Positions 11,679-22,300 of a stretch of 64,000 bases of DNA are shown here, in pieces. The notes under the pieces were generated by a model. It was not told the DNA's origin. It saw only the letters and a program-made list of their open reading frames with translations, and ran no database searches. Both the position numbers and the translations under genes were made by a program. Source of the DNA: Tetramitus jugosus. Lineage: Eukaryota; Protista; Heterolobosea. The stretch spans positions 62,001 through 126,000 of the forward strand of contig OW569388.1 of assembly GCA_937625935.1 (NCBI GenBank), read 5' to 3'. How positions within the stretch are numbered: position 1 is the first letter of the stretch; each line of letters opens with the position of its first letter.

Positions 11679-13322
11679 ATGACAACTACAATGATGATAA
11701 CATCTGCAGAGCATGAACCTCCACCACCACTATTGCAAGCAAAAGATCAGATGGACGATATTCATAATCAGAACAATAATAATAACGTGGAAGATGAAGA
11801 AGATGATGGCCTGGTATTGCTCAAGGATCAAGATGAAAACAAACAAGAACAACAAGAACAACAACATGCTGATGGTGATGACAGTCATGGAGAAAGGATA
11901 TCCCATGTTTCTCGCCTGGCACACTTTATTCTCCATTTTCATCGCTCCTGGTTCTTTGTTCATTTTCTTTTGTTGCTCAACGGTCAATTGTTTGGTGGTT
12001 TTCAAGTGCTGGCAGTCAAGAGCTTGAGTCAGATGAATCCATTGGTGTTTGCTGCCCTTCGTACCATTATCATTGCTCTGACCATTGCTCCTCTTGCGAT
12101 TTTGGTTGACCGGAACAATCAAGGATTTTGCAGTGAAGGAGCGGAGGAGAACAATGGCGGAGAACAAAACTCCGTAGTTGAATCAGCTGAACAACAAACC
12201 TCAATACAACAAAGAAAGGGAATATGGCAGCGATATTTGAAACCAAGGATACCAAACAATAAGAGAGATGCACTATGGCTCACTGGACTCGGTATGATTG
12301 TTGGAATGAACATTTTGACTTATATTGTCGCTCTGTCACTGATCTCACCGACCATTGTGGCCATTGTATCACCGAGTCAAACAGTGTTTACTTGTCTCAT
12401 TTCTGTGTTGTTGAAACGAGAGGGAAAATCAATTCTCAAGTTTGTCGGTGTGTTTCTGGCTGTGATTGGATCCATTACCATGCTGGTCATTAGTGCCATG
12501 GTCAAGGACAGCAGTAATGTGACTCCTTCAAAGGAATCTACCAGTGCCATCATTGCTGCCATGTCATCGTCAAGCACAATGACAGCTTCCATTCTGTCAA
12601 CAAACAGTCAAATGCCAATCATCTTCATCTCGGCAGACACTTGGAGCAGCCTCAAAACAGTGATTGGTGTGTCTCTGTGCATTGTGAACTCACTGGGATC
12701 ATCTCTCAATCTCGTTTTCCAAAAGTCGTTGCTCGATCGAAAGATTCCACCAATGACACTGACTGCATGGACATCGCTCGTTGCTATGGTGTTCCTATTC
12801 ATCGTAGGTCTATGTTTTGGTTTGACTTCGTTTGATCCCAGAACTGTTCCACTCATTGCATGGATCGGCTTATTGTATGCAGGATTGGTCATTGGAACAG
12901 GAAGTTTCTCACTAGGTGCCTACGCCGCTCGAATCGGTTCTCCTACTCTTCTTTCAGTGTACAACTGCGCCAATCCAATCATTTCCACCGTGTATCTCTT
13001 TGTCTTCCTGGGTCAAACGACAACATGGCTCGTGTCCATTGGAGCAATTCTGATCACCTCTGGTGTGCTCATGGTTGCCTATGCCAAGAAGCGAGAGGAG
13101 AGGAAGAAGGCAGCGGAAGATTTGGAAGCAGAGTTACAGCAACTCGAACAAGCAACAGGAGATCAGGAGAACGTGACAGATGACACTCAGGCACAAGAAG
13201 ATGTCCAAGTGCAGAGCTCGACCACACCCACAGAAACCACAGACAAAGCAACCGAGGATAACAATCCTCTGTCGTCCAGTGCCAGTGGAGAGTACTTGAA
13301 GGTAGTGACTCCACAACAATAA
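11679..13322 (+). CDS. EamA/DMT-family transporter (WAT1/nodulin-21-like)
   Basis: About 10 hydrophobic helices in two repeats; PLVFAALR, SPTIVAIV, SPTLLSVY...PIIS and GAILITSGV. Confidence 0.85.
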   Translation: MTTTMMITSAEHEPPPPLLQAKDQMDDIHNQNNNNNVEDEEDDGLVLLKDQDENKQEQQEQQHADGDDSHGERISHVSRLAHFILHFHRSWFFVHFLLLLNGQLFGGFQVLAVKSLSQMNPLVFAALRTIIIALTIAPLAILVDRNNQGFCSEGAEENNGGEQNSVVESAEQQTSIQQRKGIWQRYLKPRIPNNKRDALWLTGLGMIVGMNILTYIVALSLISPTIVAIVSPSQTVFTCLISVLLKREGKSILKFVGVFLAVIGSITMLVISAMVKDSSNVTPSKESTSAIIAAMSSSSTMTASILSTNSQMPIIFISADTWSSLKTVIGVSLCIVNSLGSSLNLVFQKSLLDRKIPPMTLTAWTSLVAMVFLFIVGLCFGLTSFDPRTVPLIAWIGLLYAGLVIGTGSFSLGAYAARIGSPTLLSVYNCANPIISTVYLFVFLGQTTTWLVSIGAILITSGVLMVAYAKKREERKKAAEDLEAELQQLEQATGDQENVTDDTQAQEDVQVQSSTTPTETTDKATEDNNPLSSSASGEYLKVVTPQQ

Positions 13323-13417
13323 TTAAATAGGATTTATATATATGATTAATTTTATTTGATTGTCATTGTTTGAGGAGATGTTACATAAGAGAATACCAGA
13401 GAGGCCGTTGGTGTGGT

Positions 13418-15418
13418 TTACCACAGACCGAACCATCCCTTCTTCTTTGGTTCTTCCTCTGCTGCTGGTGAACCTGTAGTAGTGGTAGTGGTTGCTGCAG
13501 TCTTGGCAGGCAATTCCACTTCTGGATACTCCACTCCACTGCCAGCAATATCAAAGAAGGTTGGCTTGCATGCAATGCTCTCGAAAGCAGGTGGGAATTG
13601 AGTGACACGGAGCTTGGATGATGCATCCTCGGCTTCTTCTCTGTCTTCTGGCACCTCCAGAGAAGCACTGAGATTGAGTGCTCTCTGTGCGTACTGTGCT
13701 CTCACAAGCACATTCAACTTTCTCAGTTCACTCTCAATGGTTTCAACCTTTGGCAACAAATGGAGGCACAATGACTCAGAGTCCTTGTTGGTCATGGATT
13801 GCAGATCAGAGAGCATTTGTTGACCTCTGAGAGCCAACAATTGACACTCGGCTTCCTTTGATCTCCTGTAGTAGGCCAGTGAAAGGAACAAGACACGCAA
13901 TGTTTGCATGTAGTGAAGTGCATAGGGCGATGCAGCAGCAAACTCTGTAGAGTCCTTCATTCTGTGCAGTGTAGAGTCCAAAATCTTGACAATGTCATAT
14001 GGTCTGACCAATGACTTGTTCTCCACGAATTGTGACTGCTTTTCACCCAAAACATTTCTCACATTCCAAACATTTCTCTTGACAAACACGGCAACCAACT
14101 TTTTGGAGATCCATGTGGCAATCATTTTCAGTTCATTGACTGACAATTGTTGAGTCTTGTTGTCACTTGTAGTCGTAGTAGTAGTGGTGGTGCTATTGTT
14201 GACCAATTCTCTCTGAATCAACTTTTCAGCCTCCATGTAAGCAAACACCAACTGATCAAACACTCTCATGTGACGTGATTCAAAGCTGCTTCCACTTGTA
14301 ATTTCAACAATTTGTGCCTCCAAGTCATAAATCTTGATCAACAGATTGCTCATCTTTGGCAATGAATGAACAGAGAGGACTGTTTTATCATTGATGACAA
14401 TTTGTTCATTTTTACCACCACCACCACCAGTAGCAGCAGCAGTAGTAGCAGTAGTAACATTCACTGGAGCAGCAACAGTAGTGGTTTGATTGTTGAGATC
14501 AAATGATGATTCATCACCAACAACTGAAACACCCAGATTGTAGCTACAGAAACGAATACCAGTGTCCAATTCTTCTCTCTTGCGATTCAAGTACAATTGA
14601 ATCATTCGATCACCATCACCACTCGTTGTTATCTGTTGAATTTGTTTCCACCACTGTTGGAACAAGAGTGCCTTCAATTGAATCAAGTTTTTGAGTGCTT
14701 CTTCAAATGATTCCAATTCCAATTCAATCTGTGCCAACAAATCATTCAAATAGATTTGACTCTCCAACAATAGTACATGCACATGATTCAATGGTTGATG
14801 AACAAATGATGGAAACAATACATTATTTTCACTAGTACTATTATTCTGTTGTTGTTGTTGAGTAGACAATTCATTCATAATCTTGTTCAATTGTTGAGCA
14901 CATGCAAATGATTTTTTGAGACGACGAATCATGTGAAACCGAACTCTACTGTCATTCAATTGAACATTCTCCATGCGCAACTCATTGGCTTGAGCCCAAT
15001 TTTTCTCCGATGTCAACAAAATCAACTCTAGAAAGTGAGTCAATTGAGGTTGAAATTTCCATTCATTCAATGGTTTCTTCATCTTTTGCTCCAGATCAAT
15101 CGAGTGATATTTTGTGCCTTTTCCATGCTTGGAATCGGTTTTGGATCGGAGTTTTGAGAGTCGGCGAATGAGATAGGAACGGTAGCGTTTGTAGTCCATG
15201 AGAGAGACTTGTGAGGAGGTGGTGGTGGTGGATGTGGATGAATGTTCCATGTTGTTGCTGTGTGATGATGATGAGAATGATGTAGATGATGATGCGAGTG
15301 TGCTATCACCACCATGAATCGATCGAAGTCTCATAATGAGTGGTAAAATGGAGAATGATACAGGTGTTGTGGTGTTGGTGTCCACATGATCGTGGATTGT
15401 TGGTTGTGGAACAGTCAT
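13418..15418 (-). CDS. SRP68: Signal recognition particle subunit SRP68
   Basis: Motifs DYKRYRSYLIRRLSKLR, RFHMIRRLKK, IRFCSYN, FPPAFESIACKPTFFDIA and C-terminal KKKGWFGLW. First in-frame ATG is at 15418. Confidence 0.9.
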   Translation of the reverse strand: MTVPQPTIHDHVDTNTTTPVSFSILPLIMRLRSIHGGDSTLASSSTSFSSSSHSNNMEHSSTSTTTTSSQVSLMDYKRYRSYLIRRLSKLRSKTDSKHGKGTKYHSIDLEQKMKKPLNEWKFQPQLTHFLELILLTSEKNWAQANELRMENVQLNDSRVRFHMIRRLKKSFACAQQLNKIMNELSTQQQQQNNSTSENNVLFPSFVHQPLNHVHVLLLESQIYLNDLLAQIELELESFEEALKNLIQLKALLFQQWWKQIQQITTSGDGDRMIQLYLNRKREELDTGIRFCSYNLGVSVVGDESSFDLNNQTTTVAAPVNVTTATTAAATGGGGGKNEQIVINDKTVLSVHSLPKMSNLLIKIYDLEAQIVEITSGSSFESRHMRVFDQLVFAYMEAEKLIQRELVNNSTTTTTTTTSDNKTQQLSVNELKMIATWISKKLVAVFVKRNVWNVRNVLGEKQSQFVENKSLVRPYDIVKILDSTLHRMKDSTEFAAASPYALHYMQTLRVLFLSLAYYRRSKEAECQLLALRGQQMLSDLQSMTNKDSESLCLHLLPKVETIESELRKLNVLVRAQYAQRALNLSASLEVPEDREEAEDASSKLRVTQFPPAFESIACKPTFFDIAGSGVEYPEVELPAKTAATTTTTTGSPAAEEEPKKKGWFGLW

Positions 15419-15657
15419 TGTTGTCGTGATGATAATGATGATTTCGTGTGGATACAAAAAAAAGCTTTTTGTTTGCTGTGTGCTTGGATCAAAAATCACA
15501 CTCGCCACGAAGAAGAAAATTTGTGTTGTAAGGCGGAGCTGAAAATTTCCGATCGGCGGACAATCTTGGCGGTTGTTACTACGATTTCAATTGTGTGAAT
15601 GGAACAGGGGAGTGAAGTTTTATCTCCAGTAGGAGAAGAATATATTGATCTCGCAAA

Positions 15658-17229
15658 ATGAATTCTCGTTCCAAAGTACCTCCAATTGCCAACTTTGATA
15701 CCATTTTATCTTCCACCCACCCCCACTTCACTCTTGAGAGTCAACACATTGGTGGCAGTCGTACGCTCAATCAAGGAGCGATGATCAATGGAAATAACAG
15801 CAGCACTAACACGAGTGTGAACTCTACAGGTAGCAGTGGAAGTACTAGCATCTATCTCGACATTTTACAAAAACACTACTCCCCCATCAGGGCTCCCTTT
15901 CAATCCAACAATAGTATTCACAACAACTCGCCGATCTCTGTTCAAAGTAACAAAGTATCAGCCACTTTGAGTACAAAGAGCAAATCTCCCTCAACGACAA
16001 CTACCATGAATCTTCAATCGTCGTCCAAGTCCAATCATAATCGTGTGGAAGAGATTACTAAAGAAACTCTCCACTCAGTTTCCACTATTTTAAACAAGAT
16101 GAAACAGAGTGAGGAACTGGAGAAAAATAGAGTGAGTAAACGAACGAAAAGAACTTTACCAAGCTCTTTGACGCTGGCAGATGTATCAAAAAAGGATTCA
16201 CCAACTCTGAACCGAAAACGTAACTCGCCAGGAGATAGAATATACCCTGCGACTCATAGAGGTGATGTGCCTCTTCGATATCAACAAATGAAGATGAGAG
16301 CGACCAGTAATGAAAGAAAATCAAGAATCGATTCTCAATCTGTCGAAGAAGAAACTGCAAGATTGAAGTTAGAGTTGAGAAACTTGGATACCGAGTTGGA
16401 AGAAAGATTTCAAATTCCCAAATCGAGTGTATCTCCATTGAATGTAACGAGCGAACTACGAGAGTTGAAATTAAAACAAGACGAAGAAGAAGAGAGGGCG
16501 CAGAAAGATGCCAGATTGCAAATGCAAACTGCTTTACTCAAAGAGGCGAACAACAGAAATGAACGAGTAAACAATTTGCTGTACCGGAATAAGGAGAGGT
16601 ATGACTCTCTAACTCAGGAAATGAAGGAAGTTGAACTTCGGGTTAGCTCTCATTCATCCACGATCGTCTCCCCTCGGACTGACACTACTAACCAACAGCT
16701 AAGAAGAGTATCGCCAAACCAAGATTCGAGAACTGCTCTTTTCACCAAGCTGGCAGAAGTTAGACTTCAGAGAGAACAAAGAAAAAGCGAACCTGCCAAA
16801 CATTCGGATCTGAACAGCGATCATAACAAAATTCATGTCGAGAAAAGGGATAAAGTACCACTTCTTGAAATATCTGCTCCTACTCAGAAAAAGATTGACG
16901 AGAGACTTCAACAATACCGCCACTCGAAAAGAAAACAACTCCAGAAACAAATCATAGTCGGTGAAGAGAAGGAAGAGGAAGGAAATGCAATCAATAAGAT
17001 TGAGGAAAAGAGAAAGGAAAGCCCTGAGAGGACTGAAAGTTCGATCATTATCAAGTCAAGTAGACCAGAATCCCCACGCCATTCTTCAGAGAGTAGATCT
17101 CCGACAAAGGGCAGGGGATCTCGTATCAGAACAAGCCAGGAATGTCGCTCACCCTCCAGAGTCCATGATGCAGCAGACAAAGATATGAATCGAGAACCCA
17201 AACGATTTTTGGATCAATTACTAGATTGA
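15658..17229 (+). CDS. Hypothetical S/T-rich and coiled-coil protein; probably continues into the coiled-coil frame starting near 17225
   Basis: 523-aa ATG ORF with E/K/R/Q-rich heptad segments. Confidence 0.65.
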   Translation: MNSRSKVPPIANFDTILSSTHPHFTLESQHIGGSRTLNQGAMINGNNSSTNTSVNSTGSSGSTSIYLDILQKHYSPIRAPFQSNNSIHNNSPISVQSNKVSATLSTKSKSPSTTTTMNLQSSSKSNHNRVEEITKETLHSVSTILNKMKQSEELEKNRVSKRTKRTLPSSLTLADVSKKDSPTLNRKRNSPGDRIYPATHRGDVPLRYQQMKMRATSNERKSRIDSQSVEEETARLKLELRNLDTELEERFQIPKSSVSPLNVTSELRELKLKQDEEEERAQKDARLQMQTALLKEANNRNERVNNLLYRNKERYDSLTQEMKEVELRVSSHSSTIVSPRTDTTNQQLRRVSPNQDSRTALFTKLAEVRLQREQRKSEPAKHSDLNSDHNKIHVEKRDKVPLLEISAPTQKKIDERLQQYRHSKRKQLQKQIIVGEEKEEEGNAINKIEEKRKESPERTESSIIIKSSRPESPRHSSESRSPTKGRGSRIRTSQECRSPSRVHDAADKDMNREPKRFLDQLLD

Positions 17230-17594
17230 TGCAGAGATAACCAGTGAGTTGAAGAGACAGAATACTCGATTAACAGAAGAACTTCAAAGCATGGGAGATG
17301 CCCATCTAAAATTGAAGAAGGATCACGATGCTCTGAAGAAGGAGAACATGCAACTGCGTTCCGAGAATTCTCACATTCAAAAGAGACTTACAGATGCAGA
17401 GAGAGAGAACGATCGCTCCAAGAACCAGATATCACTACTCGAAAAAGAAATGGAGAAAATGGAAAGCGAAGCACTCCTCATTCTCAGCAACAAAGAGGAT
17501 GCAAAATCAAGAAGGAAGGAACACACTATTGCTTCCACCTATTGCGCAAGTAACAAGATTAAGGTTGACCTTTCCAATCAAGGTGATATCTATG
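17225..17594 (+). CDS. Coiled-coil segment, probably a further exon of the 15658 gene; boundaries uncertain
   Basis: Frame is open from 17225 with strong heptads (LKRQNTRLTEELQ...LKKENMQLRSEN). A probable GTATGT donor lies near 17595. Confidence 0.5.
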
Positions 17595-17957
17595 GTATGT
17601 GTATAGCAGTTATTTTCGTTTCCAAAATCAAAATCGACAACTTTACAAACTTACAATTTTTTTATGATCAGTGTCGTTGGGTGACAAACACAGAATTACA
17701 CTCAATGAATATGTCAGATCTCTGTCTCGAGAATAAAATAGGGACAACACGCACTGTAACTTCAGATTGCGCAAAAAATTTCTCTTGGAAGAACTTGTCA
17801 TGCTGGAAGCTCTGTGAAACAGCACCACAAAAAATGTGGCAAAAAAACAAACCAAAAAACACGCGTGTACACTTTTTCATTTGTTTTCAGTTTTTTTTAA
17901 TAGATAACAATTATCGATACCACCATACCCAATACCAACAACAAAACACATACATAA

Positions 17958-19059
17958 ATGACAAATCCAACTAATCATCAACAACAACAAGAAGAAGTGC
18001 AATCAAAGGTCAAGTTTAGCAATGCTAATTTTCCAATGACTGCTGATGGACGAGTGTATCACTTGGATATCAAAGCAGGTGAAGTTGCCAATAAGTTGAT
18101 TCTTGTTGGTGATTTGGCAAGAGCAAAGCTTTATGCTGATTTGTACTTGGAGAAGGGATACTTTTCACTATTGTCTCACAGAGGGTACGTACCTTTAGTC
18201 ACAGCACTGCAGCTTTTTTTCCGTACCTATGGCTTCACTTTGTGTGGTTTGTTTTTGTGTGGTTGTGAATATTTTTTGTTGGTGACATTTTTGCTGACTT
18301 TGTGTGATTTTTTTCTCTGTTGTTTGTCGTTACGACATGCACATTTTTTTGTATTCTTCTGTGCGACAACAAAAAAGCTTCTTGACAATTACTGGTAAAT
18401 TCAAGGGTCAGGATGTGTCCATCATTGGTACAGGCATGGGTACTGCCATGATTGATTTTTCCATTCGTGAAATTAGGCACTTGTTTGGGCCAAATGAAAA
18501 GCTTGCCATGATCCGTTTGGGCACCTGTGGCTCCCCTCAAGTTGACATTGGATTGGGCACTGTCGTTGTAAACAATGAAGCCGTTCTCATTTCAAGAAAC
18601 CCCGATGCTTTCCGCAATCTTTCCGCGAATGGCGCGCCAACCGTAGACCAAGCGTACCGTGTGAGCCTGCCTTGTCCAAGCAATGAAACATTGACCAATC
18701 TCTTGAGAGACAATCTGGAGAGAATCATTGGTGATAAGAGTGCTGTTGCTGTTGGCATGGATGCCACTGGTGACTCCTTTTATAGCTCTCAGGGAAGAAC
18801 CTCTGATTTGTTTGTTGACTCGAACGAAACACTGATTGATTACTTGTTGAGTCAGTACAAGGTCTGTTCACTGGAGATGGAGACTTTCCATTTGTTTGAT
18901 ATGGCAGAGTGCTCGCGTGGTTCCATTGCCGCCACAGCAGCTGAGATTGTTCTTGCTCAGAGAAAGAGCAACGAATTTATTGATCCAGAGGTGAAGAATG
19001 CCAGAGAGAGACAAGTTGGGCTTGCTGGATTGGAGGCATTGGTTCAATTCTCTTTGTAA
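17958..19059 (+). CDS. Uridine/purine nucleoside phosphorylase (PNP_UDP_1); 2 exons
   Basis: Exons 17958-18184 and 18378-19059; intron GTACGT...AAG restores SHRGFLTITG. Motifs GRVYHL, VGDLARA, GMG, IRLGTCG, DSFYSSQGR and LEMET. Confidence 0.92.
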
Positions 19060-19333
19060 TTCATATTTTGTAATCAAAACAACTGTCTCACACGATTGAG
19101 GTGCGAGCACACAAACCCCTTTCAATAATCATTGTCAGTCCCTTTTCGGGGCAATTGAACGAATGGACCACATTTTCTCATTTTCCGGCATCGTCGTCGA
19201 CTACAGTACTTCGGATGATTCAAACAATCCAAAATTCCTATTTTTGAGGAAGAGCTTGTTGTGTTAGAAATTCTTATCAACTCTAAGGACACAGCGAAGA
19301 ATCGAACAAGAACAAGATCCTTGTAGTTGTGTT

Positions 19334-22300
19334 ATGATGATGATGATTGCACACAAACACAGTGGTGTCTACACAATGTTTAAACTCTTACTGCTCTTGT
19401 TGTGCCTCTCCTTGTTCAACGATGGACATAAGAAGGGAATTTCAATGGTGGTGAACGCCCAATGGTCAAAGCCAGTGTTCTTAAACACCTTGAGCTTCAC
19501 TGCATCAAGTAGTCAAGTACTGACGATTTCAGGAGGATCTAGCATCTACGACACACGTTATCAATACACAACTGAGATGTGGATCAAGCCATCAAGTGCT
19601 TCTCTCTCCAGTAGTGTCATACTATCCTTGAAGGATGGGACGAGTGTATTGAGCCTTTCATCAAGCAAAGTAGTCTGTTCCGATCCATACAACCCAACAG
19701 CATGGAAGGTCACATCAAGTGTAACTATATCTGCAAACACATGGACACACATCGCTTGTACAAGATCGTTCACAAATGTGTTGACTCTGTATGTCAATGG
19801 TATCAGCGTTGGATCCTATTCATCTCTTACCGAAAGAGTCAATGCTGGGGTGGATATCGTTATTGGTTGCTTGGCATCAGGAAGTACCTATTCCAATTGC
19901 TATGCAGGTGAGATTGATGAAATTCGATTCTTTTCAAAAGTTAGAACACAGAGTGAAATTAGTTCAAGGAAGGATAGTACCATTCCAGACACTGAGAGTG
20001 GTCTAATTTGCTACTTAAAACTGGATGAACCTACTGGACAAACACTTGTTGATTCCCAGACCCTAACGTCAAGTATACCAGGATACTTGGGCAGGACCTT
20101 GTCTGTAGAGTCATATGATCCAGTAAGGACTAACAAGAATCCTATTCTTCAGAGCACAATGAGTAGCTATGTCTGGTCTGTGCCAGATGATGGATCACCA
20201 ATTTCTTTCTTTTTACAAATTCCAGAGCTATCACCAGTCAGATTCTCTGATCCAGATGGAGATACATTGTACTATTCATGTATCCAATCAGATGGAACAG
20301 CTCTTCCTGGTTTTCTTGATTATTCGGATGGCGGCTCTTCTCAAACCCTCATGGGTATGGCAACAAATCTCGATGCAGGAACATACAATTTGACCATTCA
20401 ATGTTCTGACAAGATAGGGGTAACATTGGGATGGTTTCAGTTGACGGTAAATAGGGTACCCAGAGTAGTTGTACCGATACCAGATCAAACAGCTTACGTC
20501 GGAAGCATTTTCTCATTCATCGTTCCTGCGGGAACATTTGTAGACAGTGATTTGGGACAAGTTCTAACATTCCAAGCATACGAGACGAGTAAGAGTGTTC
20601 TTCCCTCGTGGCTCTCGTTCAATCCATCAACTCGAACCTTTTCTGGAGCACCAAAGAGCGACGATGGTGGGGAGTGGTCGATTGATGTGAGAGCGACAGA
20701 CAACTACTCTGCTTGGATTTCAAATACATTCACCCTGAAGGTGGTCTGTCCTAATTACTATACTCGATGTGCATTTTATTGGACTCACGATTTTGTTTCA
20801 TCAAATAATCAAGTAGATATAATTACCAATGGATTGAATTTACTCTCTGGTCGTACTGAATGGAGTATTGAAGTTTGGATCCATGCACGAAGGTTCTCTA
20901 GTAGTATCATTGGAAAGGATTCAGTAGGTTCTCCAATTCTTGCTCTAGATAGTAGCGGGAAGCTGGTATTTACAACGGCTTCGGGATTCGGTTTTACTTC
21001 TTCTGCTTCCTTGTCACTCAACACTTGGTGCCATGTTGCATTTAGCAAATCTTCTTCATCATGGGCATTTTATATAGATGGAGTTCAGTCAGGAGCGGGA
21101 TCAAGCTCTGTATCATTTGGGAACATTTCTGGAAACTTATTACTCGGAGCAACGGGAACGTCTCCTTACTCCTCATTCTTCGACGGTCTTCTCGATGATA
21201 TTAGAATATGGAGCGTTGGAAGAACATCTACCGATATTTCGACCAATAGGTTACTAGAGTTGAAAGGAAGTGAACTCAATTTGATTTCATATTGGAAGCT
21301 AAATGATGGAGTAGGGGTTCAATCCATAGCCAATAGCAAATCAGGAGGTCCTATCGGGTATCGAGGCCGAACTACAAGTTCAGAATCATCAGATCCCAAC
21401 ACTAGAAAGTACAACTACCTCCCAACCACTACCACTCTTTTCACAGACGATTCTGTAACTATTACCATTGGTACTTACTCTCGAACTTACAATACTTTCG
21501 TAGACAAGGATTTTGATGATTTCGTCATCACATTGATCCAACAAAGTGGAGCATCTGCTCCTGGGTGGTTAAGTTTAAATAGCGGAGCTCGAACGATAAC
21601 AGGAACACCCGGAGCAAGTGACTATGGTGTGGTTTATCAAAGATTACGAGCAAATGATGGTACAGAGAATGCAGATATAGACTGGAAGACAACTGTGAAT
21701 AGAAAACCAACAGTAACCAGTATCGGGAATATGGTAGTGAACGTAGATCAACAGTGGTCATTCACTATTCCTATAACTACGTTTGTAGATCCCGATAATG
21801 ATGTATTAACATACTCAACATCTTCCCTTCCCGGCTACTTATCATTCGATGCTGCATCCAGAACATTTAGTTGCACTCCTACAAGTAGTTATGTGGGTAC
21901 TTCGACAATCACCGTCACCGTCACGGATGGATACCTTTCATCTTCAGTGTCGACTTCATTCCAGTTAACTGTGAACATGGTTCCAGTGTTCAATTCAATT
22001 GCAAATCAAGTTTGTACCACTGGAATTTCAAAGAGCTTTACTCTACCTTCTTCGTCATTCACAAATCCAGATACAACTGGGACTCTTTCGTTCAGTGCTA
22101 CTATGCAGGATCTATCATCTCTACCATCATGGATTACTTTCAATCCAAGTACAAGGATATTTAATTTCAATGCAGCAACAACAAATTATGGAAATTATGT
22201 AATTCGAGTGAATTGTACAGATGGATATGGTTGGGTGTATGGAGATTTCACATTGGTTGTCAACAGACCTCCCTTATTGACCAATCCAGTGTCTGATGTT

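Noticed and set aside
17600-17974. C-terminal part of the 241-aa ORF 17249-17974
   Set aside because: It runs through a probable intron donor and then the promoter/5' UTR-like sequence of the nucleoside phosphorylase gene; composition is not coding-like.
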